From NCBI GenBank assembly GCA_030635145.1, contig DAOVZK010000001.1, positions 23,381 to 87,380 of the forward strand: a stretch of DNA of 64,000 nt, in the 5' to 3' direction. Positions 17,104-25,967 of the stretch are shown piece after piece. The number at the start of each line of letters is the position of its first letter. Position 1 is the first letter of the stretch. The position numbers and the translations under genes were made by a program. The notes under the pieces were generated by a model. It was not told where the DNA came from. It searched no databases and was given only the letters and a program-made list of their open reading frames with translations. Source of the stretch: Planctomycetota bacterium (GTDB lineage Bacteria; Planctomycetota; Phycisphaerae; SM23-33).

Positions 17104-17160
17104 ACTATACAGAGTAGCAGGGCGATTGTACGCCCTCAAGGCATTAAGCAGGATAAGATT

Positions 17161-18720
17161 ATGTCAACAATAAAGTTACCGCAAAAAGGTAAGGCGATGC
17201 TTTCCGGTACGATTGTGCAATGGTATAAATCCCAAGGCGATTCTGTCGCTGCGGGAGATATCCTTGTAAGGATCGAGGCGGAGGATTCGTTTATCGACAT
17301 TGAGGCCGCGACGGATGGTGTTTTGCAGCAAGTGATTGCTCAGCAAGGTGTTACCGTGGCGGTGAATGAACCAATAGCAGAATTAGGCAGTTCTGACGGG
17401 GCAACCCAGGAGCAGAAACCAATGAGTACTGACGACAAAAAAAATGTAGCAGTTGAGTTACCGCAAGGAGCGGCCGTGATTTTGTTACCGCAGGTTGGTA
17501 ACGATATGGAAGAGGGCACGATTGTCAGCTGGAAGGTCGCCGAGGGCGACGCCATTGAGGTCGGCCAGGTTTTGTACGAGGTTGAAACCGACAAGGCCAG
17601 CATCGAAATCGAAGCCGAAATCCCCGGGCGACTTTCGCGAATCGTCGTTCCCGACGGTGAGTGCACGGAGATCAAAACTCCGGTAGCGTATCTTGGGGAT
17701 GACGATGCGCAGATCGACGCATACATCGCAGCTACGAAAAAGGCTGCCCCCGCCAAGCCGGCCGCTGCTGCACCAGCTCCAGCTCCCGCGCCAAAACCGG
17801 CCCCAGCTGCAAGTCCCGCACCAGCACCAGCTGCTGCTCCGGTTGCAGTTGCACCCACCGCAAACGGGCGAGTAAAGGCGTCACCGGCGGCACGGCGAAT
17901 CGCCGCTCAGCGTGGCGTGAATATCGCGAGCGTTGCAACAGGTAGCGGCCCCGGCGGCCGAATTATTTCCACCGACGTTCCTGCTGCTGCGATGGTATCT
18001 GCGGGTAAACCGCTACCGGCCGCCGCGTTGCCGGTAACCGCGCCGATTGGCGAACCGGCTGTCAGCACGCTGGCCGGAATGCGAAAGGCAATCGCCCGCA
18101 ACCTCACCGCCAGCAAGCAGAACATTCCGCACTTCTACCTGAAGCTGACCGTCGACGCGGGGCCGATGATGAGTTACTATCGCGGCCGAAAGGCGCAGTT
18201 CAAATGCAGCGTCAACGATGTCGTAATCATGGCGTGCGGGAGAGCGATGCACGAGTTTCCCGCGTTCCGCACCCGGCTGGAGAAAGACGGCACGCAACTT
18301 ACCGAATTACCGACCGCCAATGTTGGTATCGCAGTCGGAATCGAAAACGGCCTCGTCGTGCCGGTACTGCAGAGCGTTGATCGCATGACATTCCAGCAGA
18401 TTGCAACCGAAGGACGAGCACTTGTGATGTCGGCCCGCGAAGGAAAAGTGCAGGGCATGGGCACGGGTTCGTTTACGATTACGAATCTCGGGATGTTCGG
18501 CGTTGAAGAATTTTCGGGTATCATCAACCCACCGGAATCGGCGATTCTTGCAGTCGGTGCGGTTCGCGAAGACATGATCGTCGAAAACGGCGCGTTGCGA
18601 ATCGGGCAGGTCTGCTCGATGACCATCAGCTGCGACCATCGAATTGTCGACGGCGTACTGGCGGGTCAGTTTGCGGCAAGGCTAAAAGAACTCCTCGAAA
18701 ATCCACAGGTAATGGGATAA
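17161..18720 (+). CDS. Dihydrolipoamide acyltransferase (E2)
   Basis: Two lipoyl-like domains (second has ETDKA), Ala/Pro linker, E3-binding ASPAARR...GSGPGGRI, catalytic DHRIVDG. Confidence 0.93.
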   Translation: MSTIKLPQKGKAMLSGTIVQWYKSQGDSVAAGDILVRIEAEDSFIDIEAATDGVLQQVIAQQGVTVAVNEPIAELGSSDGATQEQKPMSTDDKKNVAVELPQGAAVILLPQVGNDMEEGTIVSWKVAEGDAIEVGQVLYEVETDKASIEIEAEIPGRLSRIVVPDGECTEIKTPVAYLGDDDAQIDAYIAATKKAAPAKPAAAAPAPAPAPKPAPAASPAPAPAAAPVAVAPTANGRVKASPAARRIAAQRGVNIASVATGSGPGGRIISTDVPAAAMVSAGKPLPAAALPVTAPIGEPAVSTLAGMRKAIARNLTASKQNIPHFYLKLTVDAGPMMSYYRGRKAQFKCSVNDVVIMACGRAMHEFPAFRTRLEKDGTQLTELPTANVGIAVGIENGLVVPVLQSVDRMTFQQIATEGRALVMSAREGKVQGMGTGSFTITNLGMFGVEEFSGIINPPESAILAVGAVREDMIVENGALRIGQVCSMTISCDHRIVDGVLAGQFAARLKELLENPQVMG

Positions 18721-18727
18721 GGAAAGA

Positions 18728-18785
18728 AAATACGAAAAGCGAATTTCGAAATACTAAACAGTTTCGGTTTTCGATATTAGGATTT
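18728..18785. repeat. Inverted heptamer-repeat hairpin (AAATnCG type)
   Basis: AAATACG-AAAAGCG-AATTTCG-AAATACT-AAAC followed by an arm whose reverse complement is AAATCCT-AATATCG-AAAACCG-AAAC. Confidence 0.55.
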
Positions 18786-18790
18786 AAAAC

Positions 18791-20203
18791 ATGGAACATT
18801 ACAACGTAGCGGTTTTGGGTGCAGGCCCCGGTGGATACGTCGCCGCCTTGAAGGCAGCACAAATGGGCGCGAAAGTTGCCGTCATCGAAAAGCACCACCT
18901 CGGTGGAACCTGCCTGAATTACGGATGCATTCCGAGCAAGGCGCTGCTGGCGTCGGCGGAGCTGTTGCACAAAATTGAACATGCCGCTTCGCTGGGCGTG
19001 GGTGTCAGCGGCAAAGCGTCGTTTGATTGGGCTGCGATTCAGAAGCGAAAAGATAAGGTGCTGGCCGGGCTGCGCGGCGGTATTGGCGGGTTGTTCAAGG
19101 CTCGCAAAGTTACGCTGTACAACGGTACGGGCGTGCTGGACGGGCAGGGCAAAATCAAAATCGCGACCGATAGCGGCGACGAACAAATCTCCGCCGACAA
19201 CATCATCCTCGCCGTGGGCTCCGTGCCCGTGCGAATTCCCACCTGGCCGAGCGACCCCAACCTGGTCTGCACCAGCGACGAAGCACTGCACTGGGACGAG
19301 CTGCCCAAGCGATTGCTGATCGTCGGCGGTGGTGTCATTGGTTGCGAGTTCGCCTGCATGATGCACGCCTACGGTGTGGAAGTTTCGGTCGTCGAAATGC
19401 TGCCAGGGTTGCTACCAGAAATGGAAGCCGACCTCGGAATGGGGCTGGCGAAAGATTTCACCAAACGCGGCATCGCGATTCATGTAGACACGAAAGTCGA
19501 AGGCATCGTCGAGGCGGGCGGGGCATTGACGGCGACGCTGTCGGGCGGAGTTTCGCTTGACGTTGACAAGGTACTCGTTGCCGTTGGGCGTCGCCCTGCA
19601 ACGGCGGACATCGGGCTGGAAACTATCGGGATCGAAACCGACCGCGGATTCGTGCGTGTCAACGACCGCATGGAAACGGGCGTAACGGGAGTGTACTGCA
19701 TCGGTGATGCCAACGGGCGATGCTTGCTGGCACACGCGGCCAGCGCTCAGGGAATCGCAGCCGTGGAAAATGCACTCGGACACACGAAAGATTTGACGGC
19801 CCCGATCCCCGGTGCCGTTTACACGTTCCCGGAAATTGGCGGAGTGGGTCTTACGACGCAGCAGGCACACGACCAAAACATTCCGATCGCCGTCGGTAAT
19901 TTTCCGCTCGCGTTTTTGGGTAAGGCGATGGCTGTCGGCGAGACGGACGGTTTCGTCAAGGTCATCAAGCATCGCGAAACGGGCGAGTTGCTGGGCGTGC
20001 ACATGCTCGGGCACAACGCTACCGAGTGCATCGCTGCAGCCGGAGCTATGCTTCACCAAAAAGCGAGCGTCGAAGATTTGGCGGAAGTGGTTTTCGCGCA
20101 CCCGACCATCAGCGAGGCAATCAAAGAGTCGGCCGAGGATGCCTTGGGAATGGCGCTGCATTTGCCCCCGCGAAAAATCCATCGCGTAAAGGCGGGGCAG
20201 TAA
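18791..20203 (+). CDS. lpdA: Dihydrolipoyl dehydrogenase (E3)
   Basis: GAGPGG, GGTCLNYGCIPSK, GGGVIGCE, HPTISE. Confidence 0.96.
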   Translation: MEHYNVAVLGAGPGGYVAALKAAQMGAKVAVIEKHHLGGTCLNYGCIPSKALLASAELLHKIEHAASLGVGVSGKASFDWAAIQKRKDKVLAGLRGGIGGLFKARKVTLYNGTGVLDGQGKIKIATDSGDEQISADNIILAVGSVPVRIPTWPSDPNLVCTSDEALHWDELPKRLLIVGGGVIGCEFACMMHAYGVEVSVVEMLPGLLPEMEADLGMGLAKDFTKRGIAIHVDTKVEGIVEAGGALTATLSGGVSLDVDKVLVAVGRRPATADIGLETIGIETDRGFVRVNDRMETGVTGVYCIGDANGRCLLAHAASAQGIAAVENALGHTKDLTAPIPGAVYTFPEIGGVGLTTQQAHDQNIPIAVGNFPLAFLGKAMAVGETDGFVKVIKHRETGELLGVHMLGHNATECIAAAGAMLHQKASVEDLAEVVFAHPTISEAIKESAEDALGMALHLPPRKIHRVKAGQ

Positions 20204-20245
20204 CGATTAACAGTCGGCCGAGCGGGTAGTAGTTGAAAGGTGTTT

Positions 20246-21541
20246 ATGATGGACAACGTTACCGATGCTGTTGCGTCGATTCGCGAAATTGGAAGTGTCG
20301 ACGAACTCAAGGCCCGCAGCGGGCAGGTCGCCTTTGCGCAACGCCCGAAGTTTAACTCGCACATTCATCTGCCACCGAACTTTTCGGCATTTGAAACTGT
20401 CGCCCAGGCTGTGACGCTGGCTGACGAGCAAAATGTTCGCGTCGTCGGAGTCAGCAACTATTACGACTACAGCGTCTACAACGAATTCGTTTCACTCACC
20501 GCGCCGCGCGGAATTTTTCCAATTTTCGGGTTAGAGGTTATCTCGCTGGTGGACGAACTCGTCGCAGCTGGGGTGAAAATCAACGATCCGGGAAATCCCG
20601 GGCGAATGTACATGTGCGGAAAAGGCATCACGAAGTTTGCAAACCCCTCACCGCGCGGCACTGAGCTTCTTGAGACGATCCGTAACCGCGACGAATCGCG
20701 AATGGCGGAAATGACCGACAAGGTCGCCGCACTCTTCTCCGCCGCCGGTGTCAATACAAAACTCACCGCACCCGATATCGTCACCCGCGTTATGAAACGC
20801 CACTCAAGCCCACGCGAAATCATTACGCTCCAGGAACGCCACATCGCCCAAGCCTTTCAAGAGGTTCTTTTCAAAATTGTTCCAGACGTTAATGAGCGTC
20901 ATGGGGTTTTGCAAAAACTTTTCGGGGCAGAATCGAAATCCGCAACAGATGCGGTTGGTGTGCAGGGCGAGATTCGTTCGCACTTGATGAAGGCCGGCAA
21001 GGCAGCGTTTGTGACCGAAACGTTTTTGAAATTTCCCGAAGCCCGCGAATTGATTTTGCAGCTGGGCGGAATTCCCTGCTATCCGATCCTCGCCGACGGT
21101 GCCGACCCGATCTGCGAATACGAAACCCCCACTAGCAAACTCGTGGAGAATCTTCGCGGTAACGGTTTGCAGATGGCCGAGCTTATCCCCATCCGCAACC
21201 AACCCGAAGTACTCACCGAATACGCCAAAACTCTCCGCGCCGCCGGGGTCGTCGTCGTTGGCGGAACCGAACACAACACGCTCGACTTAATCGGCATTGA
21301 ACCGACCTGCGTTGGCGCAGCAGCGGTGCCGGAAGATGTTAAGGATATCTTTTTCGAGGGCGCGTGCGTGGCGGCGGGGCATCAGTTTCTTACCGCGCAC
21401 GGACACCCGGGCTTCGTCGATGCCGACGGAAAACCAAACACCCAATACGAAACAACCGAAGAACGAATCGACGCGTTTGTCAAACTCGGCGCCGCCGTCA
21501 TCAACCGATACTTCGAAATCAATGTTGAAACCAAAAAATAG
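20246..21541 (+). CDS. PHP-fold-like protein with divergent metal motifs
   Basis: NSHIH near the N-terminus, GVSNYY, FGLEVI, GGTEHN in the order of the PHP motifs; GAAAGG RBS. Confidence 0.6.
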   Translation: MMDNVTDAVASIREIGSVDELKARSGQVAFAQRPKFNSHIHLPPNFSAFETVAQAVTLADEQNVRVVGVSNYYDYSVYNEFVSLTAPRGIFPIFGLEVISLVDELVAAGVKINDPGNPGRMYMCGKGITKFANPSPRGTELLETIRNRDESRMAEMTDKVAALFSAAGVNTKLTAPDIVTRVMKRHSSPREIITLQERHIAQAFQEVLFKIVPDVNERHGVLQKLFGAESKSATDAVGVQGEIRSHLMKAGKAAFVTETFLKFPEARELILQLGGIPCYPILADGADPICEYETPTSKLVENLRGNGLQMAELIPIRNQPEVLTEYAKTLRAAGVVVVGGTEHNTLDLIGIEPTCVGAAAVPEDVKDIFFEGACVAAGHQFLTAHGHPGFVDADGKPNTQYETTEERIDAFVKLGAAVINRYFEINVETKK

Positions 21542-21563
21542 CAGTGAAATGGAGAGATTTCTC

Positions 21564-22661
21564 ATGGCCGTTACAGAATCCAAAAAGCTGATCAGTCTTA
21601 TCGCTCCGGCTTTGCGTTTGTTGATAGATGCTGAAAATCCAAGGGTGATCCGGTTCTCGGATTCTTCCGAAGAAGCCTCCGAAAGTGCTTTGACATTTGA
21701 ACCACCCGCCGACGTGTCGATAGAACAAATAGTGCAAAAATTATCGCTCGCCATTCAGAACGCCAGTGGTTCAGTTCCGGCGGTGATGGTTCCGGGCCTG
21801 GGCGTTTTTTCTGTTTGGGACAAACCCATCACCTCCGGCCGAGCCGCCGGTAAAGTCGCCGTTGTAACAGGTGCCGCCCAAGGTTTTGGCCTGGAGATTG
21901 CCCAACACCTTATCGCCCAGGGAGCGTATATTGCACTTACGGACATCAACAAACAAGGTGCAATAGACGCCGCGGAAAAGCTGTGCAAAACTTTTGGGCA
22001 GGACAGGGCTATAGGGCTGGGGATAAACGTAACCGATGGAGCGTCGATTGGCGAGGCTTTACATCAGGTGGTTTGCAGGTATGGCGGGCTGGACGTTTTT
22101 ATTTCCAACGCTGGCGTACTCAAAGCTGAAAGCGTTAAAACTCAACCCGAAAAAGATTTTGATTTTGTCACATCCGTCAACTACAAGGGTTATTTTCTAT
22201 GTGTTCAGAAGATTGCGCCAATACTCGCGGTTCAGCATTTGGCTTGTGCGGATTATCGTAGCGACATTATCCAGATCAACTCCAAAAGCGGGCTGGTCGG
22301 CAGCAATCGCAACGCCGCCTACGCCGGAAGCAAATTCGGCGGGCTTGGATTGACGCAATCGTTCGCCCTCGAGCTGATCGAAGATGGAATAAAAGTAAAC
22401 GCCGTCTGCCCCGGAAACTTTTTCGACGGGCCACTCTGGTCCGACCCCGAAAACGGATTGTTCGTACAGTATCTGCGAACCGGCAAAATTCCCGACGCCA
22501 AAACCATCGAGGACGTTCGCAAGGGTTACGAAGCCAAAGTACCCATGGGCCGCGGATGCACGACGCAAGACGTGATGCAGGCGGTGTTTTACCTGATGGA
22601 CCAAAAATACGAAACCGGCCAGGCAATGCCCGTCACCGGCGGACAGGTCATGCTGAGTTAA
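21564..22661 (+). CDS. SDR oxidoreductase, sorbitol-6-phosphate 2-dehydrogenase-like, with N-terminal extension
   Basis: TGAAQGFG, NAG, INSKSG...YAGSKFGG (SrlD-like), CPGN; GGAG RBS before ATG 21564. Confidence 0.85.
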   Translation: MAVTESKKLISLIAPALRLLIDAENPRVIRFSDSSEEASESALTFEPPADVSIEQIVQKLSLAIQNASGSVPAVMVPGLGVFSVWDKPITSGRAAGKVAVVTGAAQGFGLEIAQHLIAQGAYIALTDINKQGAIDAAEKLCKTFGQDRAIGLGINVTDGASIGEALHQVVCRYGGLDVFISNAGVLKAESVKTQPEKDFDFVTSVNYKGYFLCVQKIAPILAVQHLACADYRSDIIQINSKSGLVGSNRNAAYAGSKFGGLGLTQSFALELIEDGIKVNAVCPGNFFDGPLWSDPENGLFVQYLRTGKIPDAKTIEDVRKGYEAKVPMGRGCTTQDVMQAVFYLMDQKYETGQAMPVTGGQVMLS

Positions 22662-22698
22662 TCAAGATTAGAACGAATCACCATAGAAAGGTACAAGA

Positions 22699-24396
22699 AT
22701 GACAGCAATTCCCAACACGCAGTACGCAGTTCAACTCGTCGGGCCTGACGAGCTGAAGCTCAACACATCCAAGCCCGTCGATCTCCCGACCAAGCATCAC
22801 ATTCTTTTGAAAATCGAAGCCGTCGGGCTTTGCTTTTCGGACCTGAAATTGCTGCATCAATTTTCTGAGCATCCCCGCAAACTGAATATCCAGGACGGCA
22901 TTGCTACGGACATTCTGGCTGAGCTGACGAGCTACGTACCTGGCGAACAGCCCACCGTGCCGGGGCATGAGGCCTGCGTTCGCGTTGTTGCTGTCGGGTC
23001 GAAAGTTACCGAGCACAAAGTCGGCGACCGTTATCTGGTGCAGGCCGACTGGCGGCAAATGGTCACGGCCGCGAGCAATGGTGCCTTTGGATATTGCTTC
23101 GAGGGCGGGTTGCAGGAGTACGTTATCGTTGACGAGCGGATCGTTATCGACGAGGAAACGGGCAGCCATTTTCTGATTCCCGCAGCCGAGGATTTTTCGG
23201 CATCGGCGATTGCTCTTATCGAACCGTGGGGCTGCGTTGAATGCTCTTACGTTACGCCCGAACGTAACACCATTAAGCATGACGGAAAATTGCTGGTCGT
23301 TGCCGAGGCTGGGCGAACGGTCGAGTCGCTCGATGACTGCTACGACGCTGCTGGTCGCCCGGCGGAAATCACCGCGATTTACGGTACTAAAGAGCAGGCT
23401 GAAAGTTTCACCTTCCAGGAAACCGGCGGGGTGTTCCACGAACCCGAACCCATCGACGCCATCGCCTCGCTGCCGGACGAAACCTACGACGACATCGTTT
23501 ACTTCGGCGCACGGGCGAAGGTTATCGAGGCACTTAACAGCAAGCTCGCCCGCGGTGGTATCATCAATATCGTGTTGGGCGGTGCGAAAATCGGACAGCT
23601 GGTAAACGTTGGTGTCGGGCGAACGCATTACGGGCTGACGCGATGGATCGGAACGACCACCGACAATGCCGCCGAGTCTTATAAGGTTATCCCGAATGAC
23701 GGTGAAATTCGCGCGAACGACAAAGTTGTCGTCATCGGTGCCGGTGGGCCGATGGGCCAGATGCACGTAATCCGAAATCTCTGCTCGGGCATCGAAGGCG
23801 TTGAAATCATCGGCACCGACTTTGACGATGAGCGATTAGAGTCGTTGCGCAGCAAGGCTGAACCGATCTCGCAAAGCAAGGGTTTGAAGTTTCGGTTAGT
23901 CAACCCGCAAACAACCCCGCTGACAGATGCGTTTGACTATTACGCGTTGATGGCTCCGCTGGGTGTGCTCGTTGCCGATGCTATCCAGACCGGCGCGACC
24001 GGTGCGATGATCAATATCTTCGCGGGGATTCCCGCCACGACGAATCACGACCTTGACCTCGATACATACATCAGCAAGGGCATGTTCATGTTCGGCACGA
24101 GCGGGTCGACCATCGACGATATTCTTATCGTTCGCGACAAGGTCGAATCCGCCCAGCTCGACACCGACTGCTCCGTCGATGCCGTGTCCGGAATGGCGGG
24201 CGCCCTGGCCGGAATCGATGCCGTCAAAGACCGAACCTGCGGGGGCAAAATTGTGGTTTACCCACAGCTGCACGATATGGAAATGATTTCGCTGAAGGAT
24301 ATCGGCGAGAAATATCCCAACGTCGCAGCGAAACTGTCGCACGGAATGTGGACGAAGCAAGCGGAAAAGCAGTTGCTCATCGACGCGGTGAAGTAA
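22699..24396 (+). CDS. Zn-dependent medium-chain dehydrogenase, L-sorbose-1-phosphate reductase-like
   Basis: GLCFSD, PGHE, EPWGCV, GAGGPMG, GTSGS. Confidence 0.8.
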   Translation: MTAIPNTQYAVQLVGPDELKLNTSKPVDLPTKHHILLKIEAVGLCFSDLKLLHQFSEHPRKLNIQDGIATDILAELTSYVPGEQPTVPGHEACVRVVAVGSKVTEHKVGDRYLVQADWRQMVTAASNGAFGYCFEGGLQEYVIVDERIVIDEETGSHFLIPAAEDFSASAIALIEPWGCVECSYVTPERNTIKHDGKLLVVAEAGRTVESLDDCYDAAGRPAEITAIYGTKEQAESFTFQETGGVFHEPEPIDAIASLPDETYDDIVYFGARAKVIEALNSKLARGGIINIVLGGAKIGQLVNVGVGRTHYGLTRWIGTTTDNAAESYKVIPNDGEIRANDKVVVIGAGGPMGQMHVIRNLCSGIEGVEIIGTDFDDERLESLRSKAEPISQSKGLKFRLVNPQTTPLTDAFDYYALMAPLGVLVADAIQTGATGAMINIFAGIPATTNHDLDLDTYISKGMFMFGTSGSTIDDILIVRDKVESAQLDTDCSVDAVSGMAGALAGIDAVKDRTCGGKIVVYPQLHDMEMISLKDIGEKYPNVAAKLSHGMWTKQAEKQLLIDAVK

Positions 24397-24434
24397 CACC
24401 ACACCCGATAGATATTTGACAGTATAGGAAAAAT

Positions 24435-25703
24435 ATGAAAAAGACGTTTGTTGGTTTCGGGTTCGGGCCTATTCAGAGTGGGCTGTTTTTGTACGAGGCG
24501 TGGAAGTCGGGCAATTTTTCCCGCTACGTTATCGCTGAGGTCAATCCGCAGCTGGTAAGTGCGGTCAGCCATAACGGCGGGGCCTACGAGCTGAACATCG
24601 CATCGCCAACGGGCATCGCGCATCAGCGCATCGAAGGCGTTGAGCTGTACAACCCCGCGGATGCTGAATCGCGCGCAAAAATCATCGACGCCATCAGCGA
24701 ATCCGACGAAATCGCAACGTCGCTGCCAAGCGTGAAGTTTTACGACATGGGCGAAGAAACCAGCGTCGTAAAAACCCTCGCCGAAGGGCTAAAGCAGCGC
24801 GATGCGTCCAAACCCGTGATCGTCTACGCGTCGGAAAATAATAACCACGCCGCCGAGCTTCTTACCGAAGCACTCGCGAAATACACCGCACCCGAAGTAC
24901 TCAAAAATGTGCAGGTGCTCAACACCGTTATCGGAAAAATGAGCGGCGTGATCTCCGATACCGACACGATCGAGAAAATGCAGCTGCATACGATCACCCC
25001 CGAAACACCGCAGGCGATTCTCGTTGAGGAATTCAATCGCATTCTCATTTCCAAAATCGAACTCGACGGATTTGCTCGCGGGATCGACTGCTTCGAGGAA
25101 AAAACCGACCTGCTGCCGTTCGAGGAGGCGAAACTTTTCGGGCATAACGCAATCCACTCGCTTATCGCATATCTCGCCGACCACCAAAACTACCTCACCA
25201 TCGCCGACGCCGGTAAGGACGGAAAAATTATGACCATCGCGCGGAACGCATTCATCGACGAGTGCGGTTCTGCCCTCATCAAGCGATATTTCGATCTCGG
25301 TGATTCGCTGTTTACCCCCGAAGGTTTTGACGAATACGCCACCGACCTTCTTGCCCGAATGACAAATCCGAATCTGCACGACCTCGTCGAACGTGTCGGG
25401 CGTGATCATCTCCGCAAGCTGGGATACGACGACCGCCTGTTCGGGACGATGCGGATCGCATTTGCCAACGACATCACTCCGGTGAACCTCGCCTTGGGCG
25501 CAGCCGCCGGTATCATATCAATGATCACCCGCCGCAACGAACTTCCAACGATTCCCGAAACCCTTCCCCAAACCGCAGACGACCTGACCCGCGAAAATCT
25601 CGAGGCGCTACTCCTGGAAATCTGGCCAGACGATGTGGACAAAACTACCGCAGCGCCACTAATCGATCTGACCTGGGAAGCACTGCATGTTGTCAAAAAG
25701 TAA
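24435..25703 (+). CDS. Mannitol-1-phosphate 5-dehydrogenase-like long-chain dehydrogenase
   Basis: GFGFGPIQSG, ASEN, KLFGHNAIH, RVGRD.LRKL..DDRL align with MtlD motifs. Confidence 0.75.
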   Translation: MKKTFVGFGFGPIQSGLFLYEAWKSGNFSRYVIAEVNPQLVSAVSHNGGAYELNIASPTGIAHQRIEGVELYNPADAESRAKIIDAISESDEIATSLPSVKFYDMGEETSVVKTLAEGLKQRDASKPVIVYASENNNHAAELLTEALAKYTAPEVLKNVQVLNTVIGKMSGVISDTDTIEKMQLHTITPETPQAILVEEFNRILISKIELDGFARGIDCFEEKTDLLPFEEAKLFGHNAIHSLIAYLADHQNYLTIADAGKDGKIMTIARNAFIDECGSALIKRYFDLGDSLFTPEGFDEYATDLLARMTNPNLHDLVERVGRDHLRKLGYDDRLFGTMRIAFANDITPVNLALGAAAGIISMITRRNELPTIPETLPQTADDLTRENLEALLLEIWPDDVDKTTAAPLIDLTWEALHVVKK

Positions 25704-25967
25704 CTTTTACTGAATGATTTACCGAATATTTTACCGAACAAGGGGCTGTCTTCCGATAAAATAGGGGCTTTGCTGTACAAGTTTGAAAAATGCTTCCCAG
25801 CAGGGGCTTGAAAAATAAGCTTACTTGGCATAGAATGAATGTGATGGTTTAGTAATATCGAGATGTACCGAGGCACGAGCTTTAAACGTCGAAAATCTTC
25901 CGGATGCTTCCTTTTTTTGGAATCATACTTTTTATAACGATTATACTTGGATTCGGAAGGACTTACG

